Shown: in pieces, positions 19,376-30,211 of the stretch
Numbering within the stretch: position 1 is the stretch's first letter
Layout of the letters: every line of letters begins with the position of its first letter
Virus record (IMG/VR): IMGVR_UViG_3300028025_000093
Location: 88,650 to 152,649 of that record
Source of the DNA: a virus
Taxonomy: Duplodnaviria > Heunggongvirae > Uroviricota > Caudoviricetes
DNA length: 64,000 nt
Reading direction: 5' to 3' (one strand)
The notes under the pieces: model-generated
What the model was told of the DNA's origin: nothing
What the model saw: only the letters and a program-made list of their open reading frames with translations
The model's database searches: none
Made by a program: the position numbers and the translations under genes

Positions 19376-20856
19376 TGATAAAAATTGAAAAACTAGACGA
19401 AGTCTATGTAAGAGTTTTTAGTGAAGGTTCAATTGAACAAGAACTATCAGACTTCTTTACGTATGAATATCCAGGTGCTAAATTTACACCACAGTTCCGT
19501 GCTAGATTGTGGGATGGTAAAGTACGTTTATACGATCAAATACGTAAAACCCTTTATGTTGGTCTAGTATCATACGTTGAAGAGTTTGCCACCCGCAATG
19601 GGTATGGTATTCAGTACGTTTCCCCAATACACAAAACAAATAATATTACTGCAGATCAAGTGCAAGATTACGCTGCTGCATTAGAACCAATGGGTCACGG
19701 TAAACCTATTGAGATACGTGACTACCAAATTGAAGCAGTGCAAACTGCACTAGATCGTGAAAGAGTATTACTACTATCACCAACAGCGTCAGGTAAGTCA
19801 TTTATTATTTACACAACAATGCGTTGGCATGTTGAGCAAAACCGCAAGTGTATTATTATTGTTCCAACTACTTCTCTTGTTGAGCAGTTGTATACTGATT
19901 TTGAAGACTATTCCTCAGCAAATGGTTGGGAACCATCTATTCACTGTCAAAAATTATATTCTGGGTTTACAAAAGACTTTACCAAGGATGTACTAATTAC
20001 AACTTGGCAATCAGTTTATCTGCAACCAAAATCTTGGTTTAAACAATTTGATGTTATCTTTGGCGATGAAGCACATCAGTTCAAAGCAAAGTCCTTAACC
20101 ACAGTTATGGAAAAGATGGATAATGTTCGTTATCGTATTGGCACAACAGGTACGCTTGATAATAAAAAGATTCATCGTTTAGTTCTTGAGGGTATGTTTG
20201 GTCCAGTGCATCGTGTCACTACAACTAAAGCCCTAATGGAAACCCAGAAGTTAGCCAAGCTAAATATAATGTGCGTGGTTCTTAAGTATAATGAAGAGAT
20301 TCGTAAGGGACGTAAAAATAACACATACCAAGAAGAAATGGATTGGCTTGTTTCTTGTGAACCAAGAAATAAATTTATCCGAAACTTGGCAGTAAAGTCT
20401 AAAGGTAATACGCTGGTACTTTTTCAATACGTTGAAAAACACGGCAAAGTCCTGTACGATCTTATCAAAGAAAAAGTTCATTCTGAAAGAAAAGTATTTT
20501 TCGTTTACGGTGGAACTGAGACTTCAGATAGAGAAGCAATAAGACATATTACAGAAGGTGAACCAGATGCTATTATTATTGCATCGTATGGAACATTTTC
20601 TACTGGAATTAATATACCTTCGATTGAAAACGTAATCTTTGCTAGCCCTTCAAAAAGCAAAATACGTAATCTCCAATCAATAGGTCGTGGGTTACGTTTA
20701 AAAAATGGTAAGACTGAGTGCAACTTATTTGATTTAGCAGATGACTTGCATTGGAAGTCTTGGAAAAACCATACATTAAATCATGCAGCGGAGCGTTACA
20801 AAACATACGCTGAAGAACAATTTGATTTAAAACTAGTAGAGGTTAATTTATGTTGA
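19376..20856 (+). CDS. uvsW: UvsW DNA/RNA helicase (SF2)
   Basis: N-terminal '…FRARLWDGKVRLYD…' followed by 'RDYQIEAVQ…LSPTASGKS' and 'DEAH'. ATG at 19376 overlaps the uvsY stop (ATGTAATGA). Confidence 0.8.
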
Positions 20857-21323
20857 TGGGCGATGAGCATTACGTTATTGTTAAGTTTACTTCAGGTGAA
20901 CAAGTTATGGCTGTCTTGTTAGAAGAAACTATTGAGGATTTAACTATTGTATATCCAATGCAAATTCGTTTGACTCCTATTCTAGATGCTGATGGTGCAA
21001 GAGAACACGTTACAGCAACTCCTTGGAATAAATTTGCAGATGATCCACAAGTGACAATTAATAAAAGAAATGTTCTCTTTATTAAAAATCTCCACCACGT
21101 ACTGATCCCGCATTATACACGTTTAGTTTCTGAGAATGAAGAAACGCAATTAGTGAATAAAAAAGAAAACAGAGCAGAAGATCTTTCTTGGGGAGATGAA
21201 GAGACACAGGAAGAAGTCGATGCATTAAGCAATGAAGAACTTCTAAAGAGAATAAGAATGCTAGAATCTATTGCGGAGAAGGAAGAAACAGTATTCGTTG
21301 AAGGAAACGATACAATTCACTAA
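20850..21323 (+). CDS. hypothetical protein (acidic C-terminus)
   Basis: ORF in line with its neighbours; no recognisable motif. Confidence 0.4.
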   Translation: MLMGDEHYVIVKFTSGEQVMAVLLEETIEDLTIVYPMQIRLTPILDADGAREHVTATPWNKFADDPQVTINKRNVLFIKNLHHVLIPHYTRLVSENEETQLVNKKENRAEDLSWGDEETQEEVDALSNEELLKRIRMLESIAEKEETVFVEGNDTIH

Positions 21324-21413
21324 CAGTTCCGATCAACCCTAACACAGTGAGTTTACCTGTTTTCAAAATAAAAGTAAACTCTAATTATATTGCAGCAATG
21401 CAAAAACTTTTAC

Positions 21414-21442
21414 TTGCCTTTAACTCACTATCAAGGTAAACT
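21414..21442 (+). promoter_or_regulatory. sigma70-like promoter (TTGCCT-N17-TAAACT) upstream of gene 55
   Basis: 'CTTTTACTTGCCTTTAACT…TAAACT' is a member of the conserved promoter family. Confidence 0.35.
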
Positions 21443-21478
21443 TATATTTGTAGCTGGTTCAACCAGATAGGATATATT

Positions 21479-22039
21479 GTGGCAAATTACATTAACAACG
21501 CTGACTTTTTAGCAGCAATTAAATTATACAAACAGTCTGTATTAGATGCAGAAGCAGCTGGGTTACCGAAACCACAGATTCCACGATATTTGGGAGAGTG
21601 TATTTTAAAGATTGCAACGCATCTTTCTTATAAACCTAACTTTATCAATTATACCTACAAAGATGATATGATTCTTGATGGTATTGAAAACTGCATTAAT
21701 TACTTTGACAACTTTGATCCCAATAAGTCCAGCAATCCGTTTGCGTACTTTACACAAATTATATTTTATGCTTTCTTGCGAAGAATCTCCAAAGAAAAGA
21801 AACACTCTTACATCAAGAACAAACTAATTCAAGATATGCCGTTTGATGCATTTGAATTACAACAACAAGATGAAGACGGACACTTTCATAATGCGTATAT
21901 TGATTTTATGCAAAGCAACAATAACTTTGATAACTCGTTTATCGAAAAGAAAAAAGTAAAGAGTAAAAAACAAAAGTCCAATCTAGATGATTTTATAGGT
22001 GATAGTGATGCACAAATCGATTCGGGATCTGATACGTAA
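21479..22039 (+). CDS. late-transcription sigma factor gp55
   Basis: GTG start with an AGGA RBS. 'NPFAYFTQIIFYAFLRRISKEKK' matches T4 gp55 '[23 protein letters not shown]'. The gene is followed by the gp47/gp46 homologues, as in T4. Confidence 0.8.
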   Translation: MANYINNADFLAAIKLYKQSVLDAEAAGLPKPQIPRYLGECILKIATHLSYKPNFINYTYKDDMILDGIENCINYFDNFDPNKSSNPFAYFTQIIFYAFLRRISKEKKHSYIKNKLIQDMPFDAFELQQQDEDGHFHNAYIDFMQSNNNFDNSFIEKKKVKSKKQKSNLDDFIGDSDAQIDSGSDT

Positions 22040-23189
22040 TTTAGGTGATAATGGTGTTGATTTTCAGCCAGCAATAGCAAGATCGACAAGTAGAGCCAGA
22101 AAAAGAGCACGTGTTCGCAATGGTAAGTTACTACGTAAGTTTACTTGGGACGCAACAGATGATCAGTTTAATTTGAAAGAAATTATGAATAACAGTGATA
22201 ACAAAATTTTCTTAGGTGTTTCAGATGTTGAAGACCTAGTTACAGCAGAGATTGTAAAGCGTCGCATTGAAGATGGACATACAACTGTTCAACGTGAGAC
22301 CACTGTTCTTTGTAATCGTGAACGCTGGGCAACTTGGGCAGAAGCCCATTATAAAACTATGCTTTATGTTCAAAGCAATTCTTCTTCTGGCTTTATCATT
22401 GAAGAAGAAACTGAAAACTTTATCAAGTTTGATGTAAACTCCAACTCAACTACTGTGCGTGCATACGGAGATGCTGTATTTGCAGAATGCATCGTTGCTG
22501 AAGTTGAAGCTACCTTTGATGTTGTTACATCTTATATTGAGTGGATTTATGGTAGTGATGGTAACTCTGTCAACGTGCCACTAAATCGTGATCGTATGCC
22601 TGTTGAAGAAATGTATCCATTCCTTAAAGGCGAATCCCTTGGTGATTACTACGATCGCTACATGGAATCTTCTGCCAACATTCTCCTACTAATTGGACCT
22701 CCAGGAACTGGTAAAACTACATTCATTCGTGGTTTACTTGCACACCGTAACGCATCTGCAATCGTAACATACGATGCACAGATTCTTGAGAAAGATGGTT
22801 TCTTTGCTCGCTTTATCGAAGATGATACTCAAGTTATGGTGCTTGAAGATTCTGATGCATTCTTGAAATCTCGTAGCGACGGTAACACAATGATGCATCG
22901 TTTCCTAAACGTAGGTGATGGTCTTGTGACAACTAAAGGTAAGAAAATGATTTTCTCTACTAACCTTCCATCTATCCGTGACATTGATTCTGCATTGATT
23001 CGTCCAGGACGTTGCTTTGACATCGTCACATTCGATGCACTAAATTATGCTGATGCCAAGAAACTTGGTGATAAACTCGGTGTTCCTGTTGATGCTGGAG
23101 CTTCTTCTTATTCTATTGCTGAAGTGTTCAACAAACAATCAGAGTTCAGCCAAAAGACACAATCAAATAGAAAGGTAGGTTTCATTTGA
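22008..23189 (+). CDS. classic AAA-family ATPase (Walker A 'GPPGTGKTT', second region 'RPGRCFD')
   Basis: AGGTGA RBS followed by ATG at 22008. The AAA signature 'IRPGRCFD' is present. The gene occupies the slot that a-gt/47.1 hold in T4, between gene 55 and gene 47. Confidence 0.6.
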   Translation: MHKSIRDLIRNLGDNGVDFQPAIARSTSRARKRARVRNGKLLRKFTWDATDDQFNLKEIMNNSDNKIFLGVSDVEDLVTAEIVKRRIEDGHTTVQRETTVLCNRERWATWAEAHYKTMLYVQSNSSSGFIIEEETENFIKFDVNSNSTTVRAYGDAVFAECIVAEVEATFDVVTSYIEWIYGSDGNSVNVPLNRDRMPVEEMYPFLKGESLGDYYDRYMESSANILLLIGPPGTGKTTFIRGLLAHRNASAIVTYDAQILEKDGFFARFIEDDTQVMVLEDSDAFLKSRSDGNTMMHRFLNVGDGLVTTKGKKMIFSTNLPSIRDIDSALIRPGRCFDIVTFDALNYADAKKLGDKLGVPVDAGASSYSIAEVFNKQSEFSQKTQSNRKVGFI

Positions 23190-24241
23190 AGGTAGCCATT
23201 ATTACTGACCAACACTTTGGTGCTAGGAATGACAGCATCGCATTCTTAGACTTCTATGAGAAATTCTATGAAAATACTTTCTTTCCTGCTCTTGATTCTG
23301 CTGGCATTACTACCGTACTTGTTCTTGGCGACACATTTGATAGACGCAAGTATGTAAATTTCTATGCACTTGACAGAGCCAAAAAAATGTTCTTTAATGA
23401 ATTAGAAGAACGTGGTATACAAGTACATATGCTGGCAGGTAATCATGACACGTATTTTAAAAATACCAATGACGTGAATTCACCTGACTTATTGCTGCGT
23501 GAGTATAGCAACATTAATGTAATTGATCACCCAACTACAATTAATGTAGATGGTACAGACATCTGTATGATGCCTTGGATTTGTCCTGAGAATTATCAAT
23601 CATCTCTTGACGAAATGAAAACAACAAAAGCTGAAATCTGTATGGGTCACTTTGAGATCGCAGGTTTTGCAATGTATAGAGGAATGGAGTCACATGAAGG
23701 ACTTTCTAAAGAAGTGTTTGATAAGTTTGATCTTGTCTTTTCTGGTCATTATCATCATAGAAGTGATGATAAGCACATCTACTATCTCGGGAATCCGTAC
23801 GAACTTACTTGGCAAGACTATAACGATCCCAGAGGGTTTCACTTGTTCGACACAACTACAAGAGGACTCGAGTTCATTTGCAATCCTTATACAATGTTCG
23901 CAAGAATCGAGTACGACGATAAGGAAAGCGAGCCCATCGAGATCGATGCCGTTGATTTAAAAGAAAAGTACGTTAAACTAATTGTAACAAATAAAACTGA
24001 CTTTTATAAATTTGACCGATTTATACAAAAGCTGTATAATAAAGGTTGCCATGAAATTAAGATATTGGAAGATATGTCTGAGTTTGAAGATGGCGAAGTT
24101 GGTGAAGAAATTAACTTAGAAGATACAGTTAGTGTTCTCTCGCATTATATTGATAGTATTCAAACTGATGTTGACAAAGAACAAATTAAGAATTATATGA
24201 GAACACTTTATACGGAAGCCGTGAACCAAGAGGTAGTATAA
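23186..24241 (+). CDS. recombination endonuclease subunit gp47 (Mre11-like)
   Basis: TTG start overlapping the upstream stop, with an AAAGGTAGG RBS. Calcineurin-like phosphoesterase motifs 'DQHFG', 'GDTFD' and 'GNHD' are present. Confidence 0.8.
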   Translation: MKVAIITDQHFGARNDSIAFLDFYEKFYENTFFPALDSAGITTVLVLGDTFDRRKYVNFYALDRAKKMFFNELEERGIQVHMLAGNHDTYFKNTNDVNSPDLLLREYSNINVIDHPTTINVDGTDICMMPWICPENYQSSLDEMKTTKAEICMGHFEIAGFAMYRGMESHEGLSKEVFDKFDLVFSGHYHHRSDDKHIYYLGNPYELTWQDYNDPRGFHLFDTTTRGLEFICNPYTMFARIEYDDKESEPIEIDAVDLKEKYVKLIVTNKTDFYKFDRFIQKLYNKGCHEIKILEDMSEFEDGEVGEEINLEDTVSVLSHYIDSIQTDVDKEQIKNYMRTLYTEAVNQEVV

Positions 24242-24552
24242 TGCAACAACTTAACATAGAGTATTTCTTTCCACTTACGGAACAGATTCCACTTGACTTA
24301 GATTTTACGCTAACTGAAAAGTATATTTTAGATAAGCGAAATGAGCAGTTAAATAATTGTGTTACCTTGTCTGCAGGGCAGGCATTGTGGGCATTTAATG
24401 GTGGAACAGTTACTATGGGCAACAATTTGGGTAATCCATCGTTTACTATCAACGTGGATCAAACACCAATTACTATTGTATCTAAAAAGAAACCCAACTT
24501 TATAAAGCAGTTCATTTATAAGTCTTTGGGTATGAAATGGAAAAGTGAATGA
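24241..24552 (+). CDS. hypothetical protein
   Basis: ORF overlapping the stops and starts of its neighbours (ATGA junctions). Confidence 0.35.
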   Translation: MQQLNIEYFFPLTEQIPLDLDFTLTEKYILDKRNEQLNNCVTLSAGQALWAFNGGTVTMGNNLGNPSFTINVDQTPITIVSKKKPNFIKQFIYKSLGMKWKSE

Positions 24553-26261
24553 TTGTATTTAAAAGTGTAGAGTGGTCTAACTTTTTATCGACTGGTAATT
24601 CTCCAAATAAAGTTTTACTTGATAAAGCACCAACAACTCTTATCATTGGTAAGAATGGTGAAGGTAAAAGCACAATCTTGGATGCATTGTGCTTTTCATT
24701 GTTTGGTAAACCATTCCGTAACATCAATAAGAATCAGTTGATCAATAGCATCAATGGTAAAAAGTGTTTGGTTACTGTTGAGTTTTCTATTAGTGGTCAT
24801 GACTACAAAGTAGTGCGTGGAATCAAACCAAACTTGTTTGAGATCTATCAAGATGACGAATTACTTAATCAAGATGCGGCATCTCGTGACTACCAAAAGA
24901 TTCTTGAGCAACAAATCTTAAAATTAAATTACAAGACATTTACTCAAGTAGTTATTCTTGGTTCAGCATCGTTTGTTCCATTTATGCAGTTACCATCAAA
25001 CCAACGAAGAGAAGTTATTGAAGATATTCTTGATATCCGTATTTTCTCAACAATGAACCAACTGTTGAAAGCCAAGGCACTGGAGACTAAAGATGCAATT
25101 ACAAGAATCGAAAATGAGATATCAAATGCAAAGACAAAGGTTGAATCTCAAACGCAACTTATTAAAACCATTAACGAAGCCAAAACGCAAAGCATTAACG
25201 CAATCCAATCAAAAATTACTGCTAACCTGTCTGAGATTTCTAAGACAGAGGGCGAGATCAGTGGCATCGTGGCGGAGATCGAAAGTCTTAAAGTCAGCAT
25301 CGCAAATAAGGAAAAGGTATCTGAAGACATCGACAAAGCCAAAACTATCAAGTCCAAGTTACTCCAGAAAATCGAAACTTGTGAGCACAACACAGAGTTT
25401 TTTAGCGAACACGATGTATGTCCAAGCTGTAACCAAGATATCGCAGAGGAATACAAAGAGAGTATTGTCAAAGATCTTAATGAGAAAATGTTGGATAACA
25501 ACAACAAGATTAATGAACTCGAAACCATACTCACTAATCTCAATGCGAATCTATCGAAAATTAACGAAGTGGTTGGGCAAATTACCGATAAGAACATTGA
25601 GTTATCTACAAGGAACTCTACTATCACCTTACTCAATAAACAAGTCAAAGAACTTGAAGCTGAGACCAAAAGGGTTGAATCTGACACAACTAACATCGAT
25701 GAAGAGAAGAGCAAGTTAAAGGAACTTGCCACTGATGCTATCTGTAAACTCAATACGAAAACTTCTCTGCAAGAGCATCGTAATCTAGAAGAAGTTGCAT
25801 CAATCTTGTTAAAAGATACTGGTATTAAAACAGCCATTATCCGTGAGTACTTGCCCATTATGAACAAGTTGATCAACAAGTACCTTGCTGCAATGGATGC
25901 TTATATCCACTTTGAATTGGATGAAGCATTCAATGAGATTGTTAAATCTCGTTATCGTGATGAGTTTACTTATGCAAGTTTTAGTGAAGGTGAAAAGATG
26001 CGCATTGACTTGGCTATTCTTTTTACTTGGCGTCAAATTGCAAAGATGAAAAACTCTGTGAACACAAACTTGCTTATCTTGGATGAGATCTTTGACTCAT
26101 CTCTTGATACAGCTGGCACGGATTACTTCTTAAATTTGATGAATCAACTTGGTGACAAGAGCAACATTTTTGTGATTTCACACAAAGGTGATCAGCTGTT
26201 TGATAAGTTTAGATCCGTGATTCGGTTTGAAAAACGTAGTGATTTCTCTGTTATCGTATAA
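24549..26261 (+). CDS. recombination endonuclease subunit gp46 (Rad50/SbcC-like)
   Basis: Walker A 'GKNGEGKST', a long coiled-coil, a 'CPSC' zinc hook, and 'LLILDEIFDSSLD' Walker B / D-loop. Confidence 0.85.
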   Translation: MIVFKSVEWSNFLSTGNSPNKVLLDKAPTTLIIGKNGEGKSTILDALCFSLFGKPFRNINKNQLINSINGKKCLVTVEFSISGHDYKVVRGIKPNLFEIYQDDELLNQDAASRDYQKILEQQILKLNYKTFTQVVILGSASFVPFMQLPSNQRREVIEDILDIRIFSTMNQLLKAKALETKDAITRIENEISNAKTKVESQTQLIKTINEAKTQSINAIQSKITANLSEISKTEGEISGIVAEIESLKVSIANKEKVSEDIDKAKTIKSKLLQKIETCEHNTEFFSEHDVCPSCNQDIAEEYKESIVKDLNEKMLDNNNKINELETILTNLNANLSKINEVVGQITDKNIELSTRNSTITLLNKQVKELEAETKRVESDTTNIDEEKSKLKELATDAICKLNTKTSLQEHRNLEEVASILLKDTGIKTAIIREYLPIMNKLINKYLAAMDAYIHFELDEAFNEIVKSRYRDEFTYASFSEGEKMRIDLAILFTWRQIAKMKNSVNTNLLILDEIFDSSLDTAGTDYFLNLMNQLGDKSNIFVISHKGDQLFDKFRSVIRFEKRSDFSVIV

Positions 26262-26288
26262 CCCTCAGTTCTTGAGGGTTATTTTTCC
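26260..26288 (+). terminator. terminator hairpin (AACCCTCA…TGAGGGTT + T-run)
   Basis: Follows the gp46 stop. The same 'TAACCCTCA…TTGAGGG' hairpin recurs at 56622. Confidence 0.6.
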
Positions 26289-26317
26289 CCTTTAAAATCA
26301 ACAACTTACGCAGTCGC

Positions 26318-26346
26318 TTTACTTTAATTCAGATCTAAGGCATAAT
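26318..26346 (+). promoter_or_regulatory. sigma70-like early promoter (TTTACT-N17-CATAAT); first copy of a promoter/5'UTR cassette
   Basis: 'TCGCTTTACTTTAATTCAGATCTAAGGCATAATTCTACTATTGAATGGAGATTA' is near-identical to 28784-28838. Confidence 0.55.
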
Positions 26347-26371
26347 TCTACTATTGAATGGAGATTATACT

Positions 26372-26536
26372 ATGGAAATGTGGAAAGACTTTAGCGACTT
26401 TGAAATTGCATCTCTTGCTGGAAGTTATGGCTTGGAAGACTTAATTGTTTTCAATAGCGATCTAACTCTTGCAAACCGCACACAGCTTGAAACTTTGATT
26501 GCGGAATTTGAAATTGACATGGCATTTGGAGAATAA
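26372..26536 (+). CDS. small hypothetical protein (about 55 aa)
   Basis: First ATG after the conserved GGAGA RBS of the cassette. Confidence 0.35.
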   Translation: MEMWKDFSDFEIASLAGSYGLEDLIVFNSDLTLANRTQLETLIAEFEIDMAFGE

Positions 26537-28727
26537 TATGAACTCTAAAATAAATGCAGTTGACTTAACAGCAAAACTTCTTGCCACAGAAAACCTAAGC
26601 GTACGTCGTGCTCGATCACGTACTGCATCTTTTGATATTAAATCTCGGGTGCTAACTCTTCCAATGTGGAAAGACATGACACCAGAAGTTGAGGGTATGT
26701 TGGTTGGTCACGAAGTTGGTCATGCTCTATGGACTGGCGATGAGTACATGAAACCGATCCAAGAAAACCCAAAGATGCATTCTTACTTGAATGTGTTGGA
26801 AGACGTACGTATTGAGAAATTGCTCAAACGTAAATATCCAGGTATTCGTAAGACCATGAATGAGGGTTACAAACAACTCAACGAAAAGGACTTCTTTGGT
26901 GTTGGTAAAACTGATCTGACTTTAATCAATCTTATTGACAGAATTAACCTTTATTACAAAGCAGGTTTTACTTGTGGTGTTCAGTTTACACCTGAAGAAA
27001 AGTCATTCGTAGTTCGTGCTGAAAAGACAGAAACTATTGATGAGGTAGTTACCCTTGCCAAAGAAATTTATGAATACTCTCTGGAGCAAGCAAAAAAGAA
27101 TGCTGGTCAACGTATGCTCGAAGAACAACAAGAGCGAGAAGAAGACGATGAGGAATCGGGTGAGTATGATGACCTAGATGAAATTGATGAAGACTTCGAT
27201 AACATCGATGATTCAGATATGGACAAGACAGGTGAAACTCAAGACGAAGATGCTTTTGAGGGTGAAGAAAAGAAACAATCTTCTTTGGGCAAAACCAAAA
27301 CTGAAGAAGAAAAGAAACAAGAAATTGTTGACAAAGAAATGGAATCCGTGACGGATAAAACTCTGGAAGAGAAACTTGCTGAATTGGCAGATGAATCAAC
27401 TGAGTTCCACTACCATCAGCTGGACAGCGATTATGTCGTTGACCACGTTATTGGTTACAAAAAGATTTTGTCTGATGTTGCCGAGTCGTTTGTAAATATG
27501 GAACACAATGTTAAATCTATTGATGACTTTAAACCAGAATCTTCACGTATCGTGAATTATCTCATCAAAGAATTTGAGATGAAAAAGTCTGCAACAATGT
27601 ATAAACGTGCTCAGACTTCAAAGATGGGTTCTTTGGATATGAAGAAAGTTTGGTCTTACAAGTTGAATAGCGATTTGTTCAAACGTGTAACTACTTTCCC
27701 GCAAGGTAAAAATCACGGTATGATTTTCTTGCTTGACTGGTCAGGTTCGATGGATATGATGTTGGATGACACTATCAAACAAGTTGTTACCTTGGCAATG
27801 TTCTGTCAACGTGCTCAGATCCCGTATCAGGTATTTGCCTTTAGTAGTCAATACGACATCTTTACTCAGCACACTGATGCATATAGTAAAATGCGTGCCA
27901 AGCAGACTGCTATCTACGCAACTGAAGATACTAAGATTCTGAATAATGCTGTGAACAACTTTGCTTTACTTGAGTTGTTTAGCAACAAGATGAGTAATGT
28001 TGAGTTCAACACAATGTGTAAGTATGTGATGGATCGTTACTTCCGCTACGCCAGAAATGGTGAATACAATACTGGTGGTACTCCACTAAATGAAGCATTG
28101 GCATATATGGTTGATTATATTCCAAAATTCATCAAAGCCCACAACGTTGAGAAAATGTCATTCATTACTCTGACGGATGGTGAGGGTGCAGCTTTGTATC
28201 CTGTGTATCGTCAATCTCTCGATTCAGTACGCAATGAACGTGTCCTTGACGAAAAGACTGGTGAGTACAGATACAATCGTATTCAGATGAAACACTTCTT
28301 ACAAGATCCTATGACTAAAAAGTCTTATGAATTGCCTAAGCATGGTAGTGGTCAAAGCGAAGTATTGTTGCGTATGATTAAAGATCGTTACAATGTTAAT
28401 AGCGTTGGATTTTATATCGTGCCAAATACACGTCGTTACTTGTGTCAAGCAGTTCGTGCAAACTTGCCTGGATTTGCTGGTTCTGAATATAACCTTGTTG
28501 ACGTATGGCGTAAAGAGTTCCGTGACAATGGATTTGCATCTGTTAAAAACACTGGACGTGATGACTTGTTTATTATCCCTCAGAATAAACTTGCTGTTGA
28601 AAATGAACAACTTGAAATTCTTGCAAACCAAACGGCAAAGCAAATTTCAAATAAGTTCAGTAAAATGATGTCCTCCAAGAAGACTAGCCGAGTGCTGCTC
28701 AACAAGTTTATTGGTTACGTTGCGTAA
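26537..28727 (+). CDS. CobT-like von Willebrand factor A domain protein
   Basis: MIDAS motif 'LLDWSGSM' and an acidic central region. It is paired with a downstream CobS-like MoxR ATPase, as in marine T4-like phages. ATG at 26537 follows a GGAGAATAAT RBS. Confidence 0.7.
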
Positions 28728-28740
28728 GTCATTGATTTAT

Positions 28741-28767
28741 AAGGGGAAAATAATCCCCTTATTTTTG
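28741..28767 (+). terminator. rho-independent terminator (AAGGGGA-aaataa-TCCCCTT + TTTTT)
   Basis: Hairpin plus a T-run after the CobT-like stop. It is part of the repeated element 'CATTGATtTATAAGGGGAAAATAATCCCC', which is also found at 37891-37920. Confidence 0.7.
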
Positions 28768-28788
28768 GTAGGGAATGCAAGAAATCGC

Positions 28789-28817
28789 TTTACTTAAATT
28801 CAGATATCAGGCATAAT
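28789..28817 (+). promoter_or_regulatory. sigma70-like early promoter (TTTACT-N17-CATAAT); second copy of the cassette
   Basis: Near-identical to 26314-26366, including the GGAGATTA RBS. Confidence 0.55.
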
Positions 28818-28841
28818 TATACTATTGAATGGAGATTAATT

Positions 28842-29039
28842 ATGAATGAATTTACTACGTTTTCTGCTGGTGTTGCTGACGCTACTCTTGACTTGTTGGC
28901 TGGTCCTGTGTTCGCTGGTGGTCCTACTGAAAAACCTGAATTGGCGTCGCTTGACTTTATCGTGAATGAATTTCGTTTACGTTTAGGTTGTTCTGATGCT
29001 TATCTTGCTGGTTATTTGTCTGTGCTGTTCTCTGAATGA
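28842..29039 (+). CDS. small hypothetical protein (65 aa)
   Basis: ATG 6 nt after the cassette's GGAGA RBS. Confidence 0.35.
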   Translation: MNEFTTFSAGVADATLDLLAGPVFAGGPTEKPELASLDFIVNEFRLRLGCSDAYLAGYLSVLFSE

Positions 29040-29073
29040 TGTTGAGTTTTAATTTTATTATGAAAGTGAGTGA

Positions 29074-30210
29074 ATGATGTCAAACGAACAAACTGTTTTT
29101 GAAACCAAAATGTATGAGATGTTTCCCGATATTCAAACCAAAGGTACTGTTGAAAATTCTCAGCTACTTGCAGTAATGAAAGAATTGGGTACTAAGAAAT
29201 CACCACGTTGGTTGATGGTGGATAAAGTTGGTCGTGGTCTTTACGCAATTCCAGGTGGAAAGATTGTTGGTAATACTGCTTTGAAAGAAGAGCCTGTTAT
29301 GGAATCGTTTAATGTCGACTACTCCAATATTGAGTCTTTGATCCCCAAGAAAGATGCAAACTTTGTACCATTTGGTAACTATACTGATCTAGAGAATATT
29401 ATCAAGTCAGGTATCTTTTATCCTTCTTACATCTCAGGTCCAACTGGGAATGGTAAGTCAACGATGGTCGAGCAGATTTGTGCCAAACATAAAAAGCCAC
29501 TCATTCGTGTAAACTTAAACATGATGACTGACGAAGAGCAATTGATTGGTTCCAAGACCCTAGAGAATGGTAATGTGGAGATTGTAGAGGGTCCAGTTCT
29601 TATTGCAATGCGCAATGGTACTACTATGTTGCTTGACGAGATTGATGCTGGTTCAGCAAATACTCTGTTGTGCTTGCAACCAATTCTTGAGGGTAAGCCA
29701 TACTACTTTAAACTCAAGAATGAGATGATTGTTCCTGCCAAGGGATTCAACATCATCGCCACTGCAAATACAAAGGGTAAAGGTTCAGACGATGGTCGTT
29801 ACATTGGTACCAACGTATTGAACGAAGCATTCTTGGAGCGATTCGCTGTTACATTTGAACAGGAATATCCAGCTGCAAAAGTTGAGATCAAGATTATCAA
29901 GAATCTTATGGAATCATATGGATGTGTTGATGAAGAATTTGCCGATACATTAGTTAAATGGGCAGAGTCTATCCGTCGCACGTTTGATGATGGTGGAGTA
30001 GACGAAACTATTACAACTCGTCGTATGACACATATTGTTCGTGCCTTTGCAATCTTTAAGAATCGTAGCAAAGCAGTTGAACTTTGTTGCAATCGTTTTG
30101 ACTCTGCAACAAAACTTGCATTTATTGACTTGTACGATAAGGTATCAAACCCTGTTCCTGAAGTCGTTGCTCCAGTAATGCAAGAAACATCTAGTGAAGT
30201 GCCGTTTTAA
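29074..30210 (+). CDS. CobS-like MoxR-family AAA+ ATPase
   Basis: Walker A 'GPTGNGKST' and Walker B 'MLLDEID'. MoxR/CobS-like architecture, paired with the vWA protein upstream. Confidence 0.7.
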   Translation: MMSNEQTVFETKMYEMFPDIQTKGTVENSQLLAVMKELGTKKSPRWLMVDKVGRGLYAIPGGKIVGNTALKEEPVMESFNVDYSNIESLIPKKDANFVPFGNYTDLENIIKSGIFYPSYISGPTGNGKSTMVEQICAKHKKPLIRVNLNMMTDEEQLIGSKTLENGNVEIVEGPVLIAMRNGTTMLLDEIDAGSANTLLCLQPILEGKPYYFKLKNEMIVPAKGFNIIATANTKGKGSDDGRYIGTNVLNEAFLERFAVTFEQEYPAAKVEIKIIKNLMESYGCVDEEFADTLVKWAESIRRTFDDGGVDETITTRRMTHIVRAFAIFKNRSKAVELCCNRFDSATKLAFIDLYDKVSNPVPEVVAPVMQETSSEVPF

Positions 30211-30211
30211 C

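Noticed and set aside
25148-25879. 243-aa minus-strand ORF and 208-aa alternative-frame + ORF (25093..25719) inside the gp46 gene
   Set aside because: Both lie within the long coiled-coil-encoding region of the Rad50-like gene. The translations are low-complexity (Ser/Leu-rich). The biased codon composition of a coiled-coil gene commonly leaves alternative frames open. I see no RBS or promoter.
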